This document shows, one piece after another, positions 1-10,138 of a DNA stretch of 64,000 nucleotides (position 1 is the first letter of the stretch; each line of letters opens with the position of its first letter). The DNA lies in contig JAFNVC010000025.1 in assembly GCA_017379935.1 (NCBI GenBank), forward strand, positions 44,217-108,216. The letters run 5' to 3'. Made by a program: the position numbers and the translations under genes. This DNA comes from Clostridia bacterium (GTDB lineage Bacteria; Bacillota; Clostridia; Oscillospirales; Acutalibacteraceae). Below the pieces are notes generated by a model. It saw nothing but the letters and a program-made list of their open reading frames with translations. It searched no databases and was not told the origin of the DNA.

Positions 1-629
1 TGATTAACGTTGCACTGCCTAAGGGCAGACTCGGCGAAAAGGTTTATGCAATGTTTGAAAAGGCAGGCTATGAATGTCCCTCCATCAAGGAAGTCAACCG
101 CAAGCTCATCTTCGAAAACGAGGAGGCAGGCGTGCGCTACTTCTGGGTAAAGCCGTCCGACGTTGCAATCTACGTTGAAAGAGGCGCGGCTGATATCGGC
201 GTTGCGGGCAAGGATATTCTCCTCGAATACGCCCCCGACGTTTACGAGCTGCTCGACCTCAACCTCGGCAAATGCAGAATGGCTGTTGCGGCAAAAAAGG
301 ATTTTCGTGACAATACGGAAAACACCCTGCGCGTTGCAACCAAATTCACAAGCATTGCAAAGGATTATTACAGCAAAATGGGCAGAGATATCGACATCAT
401 CAAGCTTAACGGCTCGATTGAGATTGCCCCCATCCTCGGTCTTTCCGATGTTATCGTTGATATCGTCGAAACGGGCAAAACCCTTCTCGAAAACGACCTT
501 GAGCCGAAAGAGACAATCGTTCCCATCAGCGCAAGGCTCATTGCCAACAAGGCGAGCTTCAAATTCAAAATGGAGCAGATAGAAAACATCAAAAACGGTC
601 TGAAAGCTCAGGTGAAAACAGATGATTAA
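1..629 (+). CDS. hisG: ATP phosphoribosyltransferase, short (HisZ-dependent) form; 5' end clipped by the window edge
   Basis: The frame of the 51..629 ORF stays open back to nt 3 and reads INVALPKGRLGEKVYAMFEKAGY, a canonical HisG N-terminus. Nt 1-2 'tg' look like the end of the ATG. About 209 aa, i.e. short-form HisG. First gene of a contiguous his string. Confidence 0.9.
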   Translation, partial: INVALPKGRLGEKVYAMFEKAGYECPSIKEVNRKLIFENEEAGVRYFWVKPSDVAIYVERGAADIGVAGKDILLEYAPDVYELLDLNLGKCRMAVAAKKDFRDNTENTLRVATKFTSIAKDYYSKMGRDIDIIKLNGSIEIAPILGLSDVIVDIVETGKTLLENDLEPKETIVPISARLIANKASFKFKMEQIENIKNGLKAQVKTDD

Positions 630-1899
630 AATTATGAAATACGGCGAGGTCGACAACAAGGACATCTTTGCGCGCGGTACGGCGGCAACGAGCGTTGAGG
701 ACATCGTCACCGGTATTATAGAAAATGTTAAGGCTAACGGCGACAAGGCTCTTTTCGAATACTGCGAAAAATTCGATAAAGCAAAGCTTTCATCCCTCGA
801 GGTTTCCGCTGAAGAAATCGATGAGGCCTTCAACACCGTTGAGCCGAAATTTGTTGAGATTATCCGTGCGGCGGCGGAAAACGTACGCGAATTCCACTCC
901 CGTCAGGTAAGAAACAGCTTCATCCTTAACGAAAAAGACGGTATCGTTATCGGTCAGAAGGTTATCCCGATTGAAAAGGTCGGTCTTTATGTCCCCGGCG
1001 GCACGGCGGCTTATCCTTCAACAGTGCTTATGGACAGCATCCCCGCAAAAATCGCAGGCTGTAAGGAAATCGTTATGGTGACACCTCCTAATGCAGAGGG
1101 CAAGGTCAATCCCGTTATCCTCGCGGCGGCTAAAATCGCAGGCGTGGACCGCATCTTCAAGGTCGGCGGCGCTCAGGCAGTTGCCGCTCTTGCATACGGT
1201 ACCGAAAGCGTGCCTAAGGTTGACAAGATTGTCGGTCCCGGCAATGCATTCGTTGCAGAAGCTAAAAAGCAGGTTTTCGGTATAGTTTCCATCGATATGA
1301 TTGCAGGCCCTTCCGAAATTCTCGTTGTCGCTGACAAGACCTGCAACCCGAAATTTGTTGCAGCCGACCTTCTTTCTCAGGCTGAGCACGACAGGATGGC
1401 AAGCGCCGTTCTTGTTTGTGACGATATGGATTTTGCTCAGGCTGTCAGCGCAGAGCTTGAAAGACAGATTCCCCTCCTCCCCCGTGAGGAAATCGCAAGA
1501 ACATCTATCGACAACAACGGAAAGATTATCGTTGCCGACGACCTTCTGAAGGCTATCGATATTGCCAACGAGATTGCTCCCGAGCATCTCGAGCTTTGTA
1601 TGGATAATCCGTTCGATTATCTTGATAAAATCAAGCACGCAGGCTCAATCTTTATGGGCAAGTATTGTCCCGAGGCTCTCGGTGACTACTTTGCAGGCCC
1701 GAACCACACCCTGCCGACAAGCGGAACGGCCCGCTTCTCAAGCCCGCTTTCCGTTGACGATTTTGTCAAGAAGACACAGTACACCTACTACACAAGAGAG
1801 GCTCTTTCAGCAGTTGCCGATGACATTGCCTTCTTCGCAGAAAAGGAAGGTCTTTCAGCACATGCACGAAGCGCAACTATCAGATTTGAGGAAGACTAA
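622..1899 (+). CDS. hisD: histidinol dehydrogenase
   Basis: 425 aa with 'GPGNAFVAEAKK', 'AGPSEILVVAD', 'SQAEHD'. RBS AGGTGA lies 6 nt upstream. Start overlaps the hisG stop by 8 nt. Confidence 0.95.
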   Translation: MIKIMKYGEVDNKDIFARGTAATSVEDIVTGIIENVKANGDKALFEYCEKFDKAKLSSLEVSAEEIDEAFNTVEPKFVEIIRAAAENVREFHSRQVRNSFILNEKDGIVIGQKVIPIEKVGLYVPGGTAAYPSTVLMDSIPAKIAGCKEIVMVTPPNAEGKVNPVILAAAKIAGVDRIFKVGGAQAVAALAYGTESVPKVDKIVGPGNAFVAEAKKQVFGIVSIDMIAGPSEILVVADKTCNPKFVAADLLSQAEHDRMASAVLVCDDMDFAQAVSAELERQIPLLPREEIARTSIDNNGKIIVADDLLKAIDIANEIAPEHLELCMDNPFDYLDKIKHAGSIFMGKYCPEALGDYFAGPNHTLPTSGTARFSSPLSVDDFVKKTQYTYYTREALSAVADDIAFFAEKEGLSAHARSATIRFEED

Positions 1900-2960
1900 T
1901 GAGCAGATTTTTCAGTTCAAAATATTCATCCCTTGAGGCTTACACTCCCGGTGAACAGCCCAAGGATATGCAATACATCAAGCTTAACACAAACGAATCC
2001 CCCTTCCCTCCGTCACCTAAGGTAACGGAATATGCGAAGGCGGAGAGTGAAAAGCTCAACCTTTATTCCGACCCCGAAAGCCGCGCACTTACACAGACGG
2101 CGGCTGACCTCTTCGGCGTAAAATATGAAAATGTGCTGATGACAAACGGCTCGGACGAGATTCTCAACTTCGCCTTTATGGCTTTCTGCGACGAGAAAAA
2201 GGGCATCGCCTTCCCGTCAATCAGCTACGGCTTTTATCCCGTATTTGCAGAGCTCAATCATATCCCGTATAAAGAGATTCCTCTCAAGGATGATTTCAGC
2301 ATCAACGTTGAGGACTACTGCAATCTCGGAATGAACATAGTTATCGCAAACCCCAACGCTCCGACGGGACTTGCATTGACTGCCGAAGAAATCGAAAAAA
2401 TCGTCGTAACAAATGCGGACAGCGTGGTTATCATTGACGAGGCTTATGTCGATTTCGGCGCTCAGAGCGTTGTTGAGCTTACGAAAAAGTACGACAACCT
2501 TCTCGTGACACAGACTTTTTCAAAGTCACGCTCGCTTGCAGGTGCAAGACTCGGCTTCGGCATCGGTAACGAGGCGCTCATCGCAGACCTCAATACCATT
2601 AAATATTCAACAAATCCATATAACGTCAACCGTATGACCTCGGCGGCAGGTATCGCAGCCCTTGAGGATAACGGCTACTATATGGCAAACTGCAGAACAA
2701 TTGCAGAAAACAGAGAGTATACAAAGGCGGAGCTAGCAAGGCTCGGATTTGAGACTCTCGATTCAAAAGCAAACTTTATTTTCACACGAAGCGATAAAAT
2801 CGGCGGCGAGGAATACTACCTCACCTTGAAGAAAATGGGCATCCTTGTCCGTCACTTTTCAAAACCGATTATCAGCGACTATGTCAGAATCACTATCGGC
2901 ACAAGAGAGCAGATGGATGCACTTCTGACAGCTACAAAAGAAATACTGGGAGTGAAATAA
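1899..2960 (+). CDS. hisC: histidinol-phosphate aminotransferase
   Basis: 353 aa class-II aminotransferase. 'LNTNESPFPPSP' and the PLP-lysine motif 'TFSKSRSLAGARLG'. TAATG overlap with hisD. Confidence 0.93.
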   Translation: MSRFFSSKYSSLEAYTPGEQPKDMQYIKLNTNESPFPPSPKVTEYAKAESEKLNLYSDPESRALTQTAADLFGVKYENVLMTNGSDEILNFAFMAFCDEKKGIAFPSISYGFYPVFAELNHIPYKEIPLKDDFSINVEDYCNLGMNIVIANPNAPTGLALTAEEIEKIVVTNADSVVIIDEAYVDFGAQSVVELTKKYDNLLVTQTFSKSRSLAGARLGFGIGNEALIADLNTIKYSTNPYNVNRMTSAAGIAALEDNGYYMANCRTIAENREYTKAELARLGFETLDSKANFIFTRSDKIGGEEYYLTLKKMGILVRHFSKPIISDYVRITIGTREQMDALLTATKEILGVK

Positions 2961-3548
2961 ATGAGAACAAGTGAAATTAAAAGAGATACCGCAGAGACAA
3001 AAATCGCACTCACGCTCGACCTTGACGGTACAGGCAAGAGCGACATTGCGACGGGCTGCGGCTTCCTTGACCATATGCTTACGCTTTTTGCAAAGCACGG
3101 CCGCTTCGACCTGACGGTTGACTGCGACGGCGACATCGACGTTGACGACCACCACACCGTTGAGGATATCGGTATCTGCCTCGGCAAGGCATTCAACGAG
3201 GCTCTCGGCGACAAGAAGGGCATCATCCGTTACGGCAGCTTCACTCTTCCTATGGATGAGGCACTTATTATGTGCGCCGTTGATATCTCGGGCAGAGATT
3301 ATCTTGCATACCGTCTCGAAATTCCGACAGAGAAGGTCGGCACATTTGATACAGAGCTTGTTGAAGAGTTTATGCTCGCCTTCACACGTAACGCGGAACT
3401 CAACCTGCACATCATCCAGCTGAGCGGAACAAACTCCCACCACATCATTGAGGGTACCTTCAAGTGCCTCGCAAGAACGCTCCGTCAGGCTGTAAACATT
3501 GACGAAAAATTCAAGGACGAGATCCCGTCCACAAAAGGTGTTTTATAA
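2961..3548 (+). CDS. hisB: imidazoleglycerol-phosphate dehydratase
   Basis: 195 aa with IGPD metal motifs '[11 protein letters not shown]' and '[11 protein letters not shown]'. RBS GGGAGTGA. Confidence 0.95.
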   Translation: MRTSEIKRDTAETKIALTLDLDGTGKSDIATGCGFLDHMLTLFAKHGRFDLTVDCDGDIDVDDHHTVEDIGICLGKAFNEALGDKKGIIRYGSFTLPMDEALIMCAVDISGRDYLAYRLEIPTEKVGTFDTELVEEFMLAFTRNAELNLHIIQLSGTNSHHIIEGTFKCLARTLRQAVNIDEKFKDEIPSTKGVL

Positions 3549-4168
3549 TGATAGCAATAATCGACTACGGTGTCGGCAATCTTTTCTCTCTGAAAAGCTC
3601 ATTCGGCGCCATCGGCGCTGACGTAATTGTCACCGACAGCGAAGAGAAAATCCGCTCGGCGGATAAGATAATCCTCCCCGGTGTCGGCGCTTTTTCGGAC
3701 GCGATAGCAAAGCTGCGTGCAACGGGACTCGACAAGGTCCTCATTGACGAGGCAAATAAGGGCAAGCCCGTTATGGGTATCTGCCTTGGTATGCAGATGC
3801 TTTTTGAAAAAAGCTTTGAGTACGGTGAATACGACGGACTCGGACTTCTCAAGGGCAGCGTTGTTACGATGCAGGATGTTATCCCCGCGGAGCTTAAGAT
3901 TCCGCACATCGGCTGGAACGCACTCATTTTCAAGCAGAAGGACTGTCCGCTTTTCAGGTACATCAAGGAGGGTGACTGCGTTTATTTCGTCCACTCCTAC
4001 TTCGCGGAGAATTGTGACGAGAGCGTTGCCGCAACAACGGAATACGGCGCAGAGCTGACCGCAGCCGTTGCATATAAAAATATTTTCGGCTGTCAGTTCC
4101 ACCCCGAAAAAAGCGGTGAGGTCGGACTGAATATATTAAGAGCATTTTGTGAAACGGAGGCACTCTGA
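3548..4168 (+). CDS. hisH: imidazole glycerol phosphate synthase, glutamine amidotransferase subunit
   Basis: 206 aa class-I GATase. Cys nucleophile 'GICLGMQML' and 'FHPEKSG'. TAATG overlap with hisB. Confidence 0.95.
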   Translation: MIAIIDYGVGNLFSLKSSFGAIGADVIVTDSEEKIRSADKIILPGVGAFSDAIAKLRATGLDKVLIDEANKGKPVMGICLGMQMLFEKSFEYGEYDGLGLLKGSVVTMQDVIPAELKIPHIGWNALIFKQKDCPLFRYIKEGDCVYFVHSYFAENCDESVAATTEYGAELTAAVAYKNIFGCQFHPEKSGEVGLNILRAFCETEAL

Positions 4169-4881
4169 TGAATATTTTTCCCGCTATTGACCTTTATGAG
4201 GGTGCTGCCGTCCGTCTTTTCAAGGGCGACTACAATCAGATGACGGTTTACGATAAAAACCCTCTTAATATCGCAAAAAAATTCGAGGACTGCGGTGCAG
4301 AGTTCCTGCATATGGTTGACCTTGAGGGCGCAAAAACAGGTCTCACCCCCAACCTGGAAACAATTAAAAATATTGTAGAAAACACATCGCTTTTCGTCGA
4401 GCTCGGCGGCGGTATCCGTTCAATGGAAACGATTAAAAAATACCTTTCAATCGGTGTCAGCCGCGTAATTCTCGGCACGGCGGCGATCACGGACGAGACG
4501 CTCCTCGACGAAGCAATCGCGAAATACGGTGAAAAAATCGCCGTCGGAGTTGATATAAAGGACGGCTATGTCGCAATCAAGGGCTGGACGGAAAAGTCCG
4601 CTTTCACCTTTGAGGCTTTCTGCAAAAAAATGCAGGATAAGGGAGTTAAGACACTCATCTGTACCGATATCTCCAAGGACGGCGCGATGAAGGGCACCAA
4701 CCGTGAGCTTTACAAGCAATTAAGCGAGCAGCTCGACCTTGACATCATCGCATCGGGCGGTGTTTCAAGCATAGACGACATTAAAGCCCTGCGCGAAATG
4801 AACCTTTACGGCGCAATCATCGGCAAGGCTTACTATACGGGCGCAATCGACCTTAAGGAAGCAATCGAGGTGGCAGAATGA
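4168..4881 (+). CDS. hisA: ProFAR isomerase
   Basis: 237 aa with 'IFPAIDL', 'LGGGIRS', 'IASGGVSS'. TGATG overlap with hisH. Confidence 0.95.
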   Translation: MNIFPAIDLYEGAAVRLFKGDYNQMTVYDKNPLNIAKKFEDCGAEFLHMVDLEGAKTGLTPNLETIKNIVENTSLFVELGGGIRSMETIKKYLSIGVSRVILGTAAITDETLLDEAIAKYGEKIAVGVDIKDGYVAIKGWTEKSAFTFEAFCKKMQDKGVKTLICTDISKDGAMKGTNRELYKQLSEQLDLDIIASGGVSSIDDIKALREMNLYGAIIGKAYYTGAIDLKEAIEVAE

Positions 4882-5636
4882 TTACAAAAAGAATTATCCC
4901 CTGCCTCGACGTTAAGGACGGCAGAGTTGTAAAGGGAGTCAACTTCCTCGGACTCGCGGACGTCTCCTCCCCCATCAAGCTCGCTGAATTTTATTCTCAG
5001 TGCGGTGCGGACGAGCTTGTTTTCTACGATATCACAGCTTCCGCTGAGGGCAGAAGGCTCTTCACAGACATTCTGACCGAGGTTGCAAGCAAAATCTTCA
5101 TTCCCCTTACCGTCGGCGGCGGCATCAACACCGTTGATGACTTTGACCGCGTGCTCAAGTGCGGAGCGGATAAGGTCAGCGTCAATTCGGGGGCAATCCG
5201 CAACCCTGACCTCGTGCGCGAGGCGGCACAGAAATACGGCGATCAGTGCGTCGTGCTTTCAGCCGATATCAAGCGCGTTGACGGTGAATTCCGTGTCTTT
5301 GCCAAGGGTGGCAGAGAGGACACGGGAATGGAAGCAATTTCGTGGATTAAAAAGTGCGTCGGTATGGGCGCAGGCGAAATTGTTGTCAACAGCATCGACA
5401 CGGATGGCGTGAAGAAGGGCTTTGACCTCGAAATGCTTGAGGCAGTCTGCGACGCGGTCAATGTTCCCGTTATCGCATCGGGCGGCGCAGGCGGAATTGA
5501 CGATTTCACAAAGCTTTTCAAGGCACTTCCCAAGGTTGATGCAGGTCTTGCGGCATCAATTTTCCACTTCGGCGAGGTGCAGATAAAAGATCTTAAGCAG
5601 GAACTCAGAAACAACTCAATAGTAGTGAGGTTATAA
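4878..5636 (+). CDS. hisF: imidazole glycerol phosphate synthase, cyclase subunit
   Basis: 252 aa with 'RIIPCLDV', 'GADKVSVNSGA', 'IASGGAGG'. ATGA overlap with hisA. Confidence 0.95.
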   Translation: MITKRIIPCLDVKDGRVVKGVNFLGLADVSSPIKLAEFYSQCGADELVFYDITASAEGRRLFTDILTEVASKIFIPLTVGGGINTVDDFDRVLKCGADKVSVNSGAIRNPDLVREAAQKYGDQCVVLSADIKRVDGEFRVFAKGGREDTGMEAISWIKKCVGMGAGEIVVNSIDTDGVKKGFDLEMLEAVCDAVNVPVIASGGAGGIDDFTKLFKALPKVDAGLAASIFHFGEVQIKDLKQELRNNSIVVRL

Positions 5637-5638
5637 AA

Positions 5639-6292
5639 ATGAATCTTGATGAATTAAAATTTGACGAAAAAGGACTTATCCCTGCGGTTGTGGTTGACGC
5701 TAAGAGCAAGAAGGTGCTCACCGTCGCATATATGAACAGAGAAAGTCTTGAAATAAGCATTAAGGAGAAGCGCACCTGCTTCTGGTCACGCTCACGTCAG
5801 GAGCTCTGGCGCAAGGGTGAGACAAGCGGCAATGTGCAGAAAATCGTAAGCATCACAGCTGACTGTGACAAGGATGCACTTACGGTTGTTGTTGAAAAAT
5901 CGGGCCCCGCATGCCACCTCGGCACGGATTCCTGCTTCAACAACACCGTATGGGAAAACGATGAGCTTCACGAATTCTCCTACGAGGGACTTATGAAGCT
6001 TATCGAAGGCAGAAAGACCGACAAGCAGGAGGGCTCCTACACAACCTACCTCTTTGAAAAGGGTCTTGACAAGATTCTCAAAAAGATCGGTGAGGAGTCA
6101 ACCGAGGTTATCATTGCGGCAAAGGATAACGATAAGCGCGAGACAATCTATGAGGTTGCTGACCTTGCATATCACGTAATGGTTATGATGATTGAAATGG
6201 GCATTTCGCTCGAGGATATCTTCGACGAGCTTGCATCACGCCACGTTATCGACCATAAGGTAAAGCAGGAAAAAAGTACCGCTTCCAAATAA
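5639..6292 (+). CDS. hisIE: bifunctional phosphoribosyl-AMP cyclohydrolase / phosphoribosyl-ATP pyrophosphatase
   Basis: 217 aa. The N-terminal half carries 'VAYMNRESL...CFWSRSRQELWRKGETSGN' (HisI). The C-terminal half carries 'EESTEVIIAAK...ADLAYHVMV' (HisE). Confidence 0.93.
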   Translation: MNLDELKFDEKGLIPAVVVDAKSKKVLTVAYMNRESLEISIKEKRTCFWSRSRQELWRKGETSGNVQKIVSITADCDKDALTVVVEKSGPACHLGTDSCFNNTVWENDELHEFSYEGLMKLIEGRKTDKQEGSYTTYLFEKGLDKILKKIGEESTEVIIAAKDNDKRETIYEVADLAYHVMVMMIEMGISLEDIFDELASRHVIDHKVKQEKSTASK

Positions 6293-6300
6293 AAAAATAA

Positions 6301-6337
6301 CGGAGAAACTTTTCGAAGTTTCTCCGTTTAATTTTTG
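6301..6337. terminator. bidirectional intrinsic terminator between hisIE and the convergent transporter gene
   Basis: Stem CGGAGAAAC / GTTTCTCCG with an 8-nt loop. An A-run lies on the left and TTTAATTTTTG on the right. Confidence 0.8.
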
Positions 6338-6345
6338 CTTTGCTT

Positions 6346-7755
6346 TTATGCCGCTTTCTTTGCGAATTCCTCTTCTTCCTTCTTGCCGATGTTGTAGATA
6401 AACTTCATCGAAAGGAATGAGATTACGGAAGCAACCATAAGGAGGATGATGTAAAGCATCTTTACCTTATCGCCGAAGCCTGCTTCCTGAACAGCGTTTT
6501 CGCCTTCCTTAAAGTTGATAGCAACAAGTCCCCAGGAAACAACAGCCTGACCGATACCCTGAGCGAGCTTGCGGAAGAAGGAATAGATAGCGTAAAGTGA
6601 GCCTTCCTCGCTCTTGCCTGTCTTTCTTGCGCTGACCTCGATACAGTCGGCAATGATTGCCCATACCGAAATCTGGAAAACAGCGTTACCGACATTAAGA
6701 CCCATAAGGCAGAGGATATAAATAATCATACCCTTGCCGTCGGGAGTCATCGGTACGAAAAGCGAGAGAATACCTGCAACTGCGCCGATGAACATAGCGG
6801 TTACAAGAACGTTCTTTTTGCCGAACTTCTTTGTAAGCTTGCCGATGAGTGCCATAACGACGATCATCGGAGCGTAGCTGCCGACCATTGCGATACCTGT
6901 CTTATCAGCAGCATTAAAGAAATACTGGAAGACCATATTGTTAAGTGACATTGTCGAGTTGATAAGACCGACAGATGCAACAGTTGCGATAGTTGCACCG
7001 ACCATAGCGCGGTTTGTAAAATATGACCTTGCAGACGACATAATCGCCTTGAAGCCGGTAACGTTGTCTGCTGTATCGCGGTGAACACGTTCTTTAACGA
7101 GCTTTGTTGTTCCCCAGAGCACGAAGAACGCAAAAACTGACATTGCTGCCGCAACGGGAAGAAGTGTCTCACCCTTAAGAACGTCGATTTCCTCGCCGAG
7201 TGCATTAGTCTGCTTGTTGTAAACAATGGGAGGAAGAGCGATCATAACGATCATTGCGGGAAGAGCAGCGCCGATGCTGCGGAAGGTTGAAAGTGTAACT
7301 CTCTGCTGAGGGTCGTCCGTGATTACAGAATGGAGAGAGCCGTAGGGCACATTTACCATTGTATAAGCGATTGACCACAAGCAGTAGGAAATAAGACACC
7401 ATGCATATTTACCTGCATAGGGCAAGCCCTTGACGGGTGCAAAGAGCATAACGTTGAAGATAACAAGCGTTACTGCGCCAAGGATAATCCACGGCATATA
7501 CTTACTCTTTTTACCGATACGCTTTGTATCAACAAGGTTACCGATAACGATATCGTTGATCGCATCAAAAATCTTTGAAATAAGGATGATTGTTGCATAA
7601 TGCTTGGCTTCAATTCCGATGTACTGCAGATAGAACAGCTGCATAAAGGTTGAAACAAGCTGGAACGAGAAGTTACAGCCCATATCGCCCATTGAATAGC
7701 CGAGCTTATCCTGCCAGCCGAAGGGGCGGACTGCATTCTGCGGTGCTTTGCTCAT
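6346..7755 (-). CDS. glycoside-pentoside-hexuronide (GPH) family sugar:cation symporter
   Basis: 469 aa, about 12 predicted TM segments. N-terminus 'KLGYSMGDMGCNFSFQLVSTF' resembles the MelB/XylP-type GPH signature. Confidence 0.8.
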   Translation of the reverse strand: MSKAPQNAVRPFGWQDKLGYSMGDMGCNFSFQLVSTFMQLFYLQYIGIEAKHYATIILISKIFDAINDIVIGNLVDTKRIGKKSKYMPWIILGAVTLVIFNVMLFAPVKGLPYAGKYAWCLISYCLWSIAYTMVNVPYGSLHSVITDDPQQRVTLSTFRSIGAALPAMIVMIALPPIVYNKQTNALGEEIDVLKGETLLPVAAAMSVFAFFVLWGTTKLVKERVHRDTADNVTGFKAIMSSARSYFTNRAMVGATIATVASVGLINSTMSLNNMVFQYFFNAADKTGIAMVGSYAPMIVVMALIGKLTKKFGKKNVLVTAMFIGAVAGILSLFVPMTPDGKGMIIYILCLMGLNVGNAVFQISVWAIIADCIEVSARKTGKSEEGSLYAIYSFFRKLAQGIGQAVVSWGLVAINFKEGENAVQEAGFGDKVKMLYIILLMVASVISFLSMKFIYNIGKKEEEEFAKKAA

Positions 7756-7810
7756 TTTTTCATCTCCTAAAAAAATAAATATAAATCCTTCAAGGATTCT
7801 CCTTGTTAAT

Positions 7811-7839
7811 ATATTAACTTATATCCGCAATAAAATCAA
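7811..7839 (-). promoter_or_regulatory. SigA-type promoter for the GPH transporter gene (TTGATT-17-TAATAT)
   Basis: Read on the minus strand: -35 at 7834-7839, 17-nt spacer, -10 at 7811-7816. A small palindrome AATCCTTGAAGGATT lies between it and the RBS. Confidence 0.45.
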
Positions 7840-7841
7840 GC

Positions 7842-7874
7842 AAAAAATAAACCGTCAGCAATTGCCGACGGTTT
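7842..7874 (-). terminator. intrinsic terminator after the lipoprotein gene
   Basis: Minus-strand hairpin AAACCGTCGGCAATTGCTGACGGTTT followed by TTTTTT. Confidence 0.75.
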
Positions 7875-7889
7875 ATCTGTTGATTTAAG

Positions 7890-8696
7890 TTAAGCTTCAA
7901 CTTCCTCTGTTTCGGGGTTATCCCAGTTGAGGTCGTAGTGAGCTGTTGAGTTGTAGTCGAAGGACATCGGAACTGTACCAACGCTTTCAAGTGTACCGTG
8001 GCCTGTAACCTCTGTCTCAACTCTTACGTCACGGCTGAGCTCAAGCTTGATAATGTGGTCTGTTGTCTTGTCAACAATAGCCTTGATTGTGCCTGTGCCG
8101 TATGTAGCGCTGTATGACTCAGCTGTCATAAAGTCCTTAACAACATCGAAGTGAGCAAGGATATCCTCATCCTTTTCGATCTTGTAGAGCTTACCGTAGA
8201 TGCTGTTATCCTGATCGGGGTTAGTCTCGGGATTAAGCTTGATGATGATTGTATAGTTCTGGTCGCCCTTGTTGTCTGTGATGATCGCTGAACGGATATC
8301 TGTAAGAGCAAGTGCAGCAGCCTCATCTGTACCCATAAGCGGGAAGATATCGGTTGTCGGCTGACCGTACTCTGTTGACATTGCAAAGTCGTTATTTGTA
8401 ATCTTGTTTGCGATAGTCTTGAAGCCACCCTTGATAGTAGCGTTTTCGCATTCGCAGCCACCTGCGCCCTGACCGAGAGAGTAAGAAATAGCAGGCTTAC
8501 CTTCCTTAGCGGTCTTGATTACCTCATTAAATCTTGCAAGAACCTCAGTCTTGCCTGAAGGAATTTCAGAAGCATACTGGATTTCGGGCTCCTCTTCTTC
8601 CTCAGCTGTGTTGTTTGCACAAGAGCAAAGAGAGAAAATCATAAGAACGGCCAATGTAAGTGAGAAAAATCTCATAAGTTTTTTATTCACGCACAA
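7890..8696 (-). CDS. putative lipoprotein, unknown function
   Basis: 268 aa. The N-terminus has a KK n-region, a hydrophobic core and an 'LCSC' lipobox-like site, then an acidic linker (EEEEEPE). AAGGAG RBS. The start is TTG at 8696 or GTG at 8690. Confidence 0.6.
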   Translation of the reverse strand: MCVNKKLMRFFSLTLAVLMIFSLCSCANNTAEEEEEPEIQYASEIPSGKTEVLARFNEVIKTAKEGKPAISYSLGQGAGGCECENATIKGGFKTIANKITNNDFAMSTEYGQPTTDIFPLMGTDEAAALALTDIRSAIITDNKGDQNYTIIIKLNPETNPDQDNSIYGKLYKIEKDEDILAHFDVVKDFMTAESYSATYGTGTIKAIVDKTTDHIIKLELSRDVRVETEVTGHGTLESVGTVPMSFDYNSTAHYDLNWDNPETEEVEA

Positions 8697-8776
8697 TCCA
8701 CTCCTTAAATAGATTAGGTATATTGTAGATTATATCATAATCATTTGAAAAAGCCAATAGTTTTTTGTAAAAATTA

Positions 8777-10021
8777 TCAAATTCCCTGCTCGTCGAACAA
8801 AAACGCTGTTTCAAGAGCAATTTTAAGTCCTGTTTCAAGCATTTTCGGATCAAGATTATCCTCTGTGTCAAGACGGGTGTGGTAATATCTTGCGGGAGAG
8901 GGATCCATTGCCGTGAAGGCTGATGCAGGGATACCTGCCTGCGACATTGCGGCAGCATCCGTTGAGCCGAGCTCGATTGCCTTTACAGGCACGTCGTGGC
9001 CGACATTTTTAGCCGCCTGCTGAAGAAGAGCTGCAACGCGCTTGTCGTTCTTCACCATACCTGTCATATCCTTATCATAAATCGCCATAAAGTCGATTTC
9101 GCGGATTGTATCAAGAGAGATAAATACCGTTTCAACACCGTCTGACTTCATTTCGTCAGCGTGAGCCTTTGCCCATGCCTTTGAGCCTCGAAGGCCTGCC
9201 TCTTCACCGCCTGCCATAAGTGCAACAACCTCTGTATTCTCAAAGCGGATGTTGTTCGCATCCATAAACTTGAGCACAGCCGCAGAAACCATACAGCCCG
9301 AAAGGTCATCGTTTGCACCTGTTACGGGGCGCTTGTAGTTACAGAAAAACAATGCCGCAGCCATAACGGGAACAGTAACGTACATAACAACCGCAATAAT
9401 CTTCATTGCGAGGTTATCGTCTGTCCAGACGATGCCGTCACCTGCGATAATACCGTAGATTCCGCCGCCGATGCTAAGAAGAACGGCAATAACTGCAGTT
9501 ACGATAATGCCCGCAACAACGGGTCTGCCGCCGTGATAGGTGTAAGTCCATTCGAACGCGGAGTCAACGTGACCTGAGAAGATGATTCTTCTTTTTGTCT
9601 CGCCCGTTGCCTTGCGGATACCCGTTACATTCATCGACTTTTTCTTCGGGAAGAAGATGTCGAGAACAGGCTTGTAGAAAATAAACTCTGCAAGGATAAG
9701 GAAAAGAGTCACACAGCCCGCAACGAGTGAAACAACCGGAAGACCGAGAGTGAAGAAAATTGTTGAAAGAATAATTGCAACCGCACCGATGGGCACCCAT
9801 GACATAAAAGCCTTGTCAGAGCACTTATAATCCTCCTTAAGAACCGTATCGCAGGTTGTCGAAAGCTCGTTTGCAAGATATTCCTGCGCACTAAGCTCAG
9901 CCTCACTGCCGACAGGGCGCGGACCGAAATTCTTACACATCGTTTTGATGTGCTTGATTGCATAGTTGGTGTAAAGTCTTACTTCAGAATCGTATCTTGC
10001 GACACTTTCATTCGGTTTCAT
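8777..10021 (-). CDS. M28-family zinc aminopeptidase with inserted transmembrane segments
   Basis: 414 aa. Metal-ligand motifs are in M28 order: 'SGHVDS', 'ANDDLSG', 'GGEEAGLRGS', 'ISLD', 'YYHTRLD'. Four to five hydrophobic helices are inserted between the first motifs. Confidence 0.7.
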   Translation of the reverse strand: MKPNESVARYDSEVRLYTNYAIKHIKTMCKNFGPRPVGSEAELSAQEYLANELSTTCDTVLKEDYKCSDKAFMSWVPIGAVAIILSTIFFTLGLPVVSLVAGCVTLFLILAEFIFYKPVLDIFFPKKKSMNVTGIRKATGETKRRIIFSGHVDSAFEWTYTYHGGRPVVAGIIVTAVIAVLLSIGGGIYGIIAGDGIVWTDDNLAMKIIAVVMYVTVPVMAAALFFCNYKRPVTGANDDLSGCMVSAAVLKFMDANNIRFENTEVVALMAGGEEAGLRGSKAWAKAHADEMKSDGVETVFISLDTIREIDFMAIYDKDMTGMVKNDKRVAALLQQAAKNVGHDVPVKAIELGSTDAAAMSQAGIPASAFTAMDPSPARYYHTRLDTEDNLDPKMLETGLKIALETAFLFDEQGI

Positions 10022-10062
10022 TGTGTAACCATTCCTTTCTTATGAAAAGTTTATACTCTTTC

Positions 10063-10091
10063 TTGACAATATCAGAAATACTGAATAAAAT
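10063..10091 (+). promoter_or_regulatory. SigA-type promoter for the VanY-like gene (TTGACA-17-TAAAAT)
   Basis: -35 at 10063-10068, 17-nt spacer, -10 at 10086-10091. About 45 nt upstream of the ATG. Confidence 0.55.
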
Positions 10092-10138
10092 ATAATAAAG
10101 GACATAAGTCCGTATTTTTAAAGCTAAGGATTGAGATT

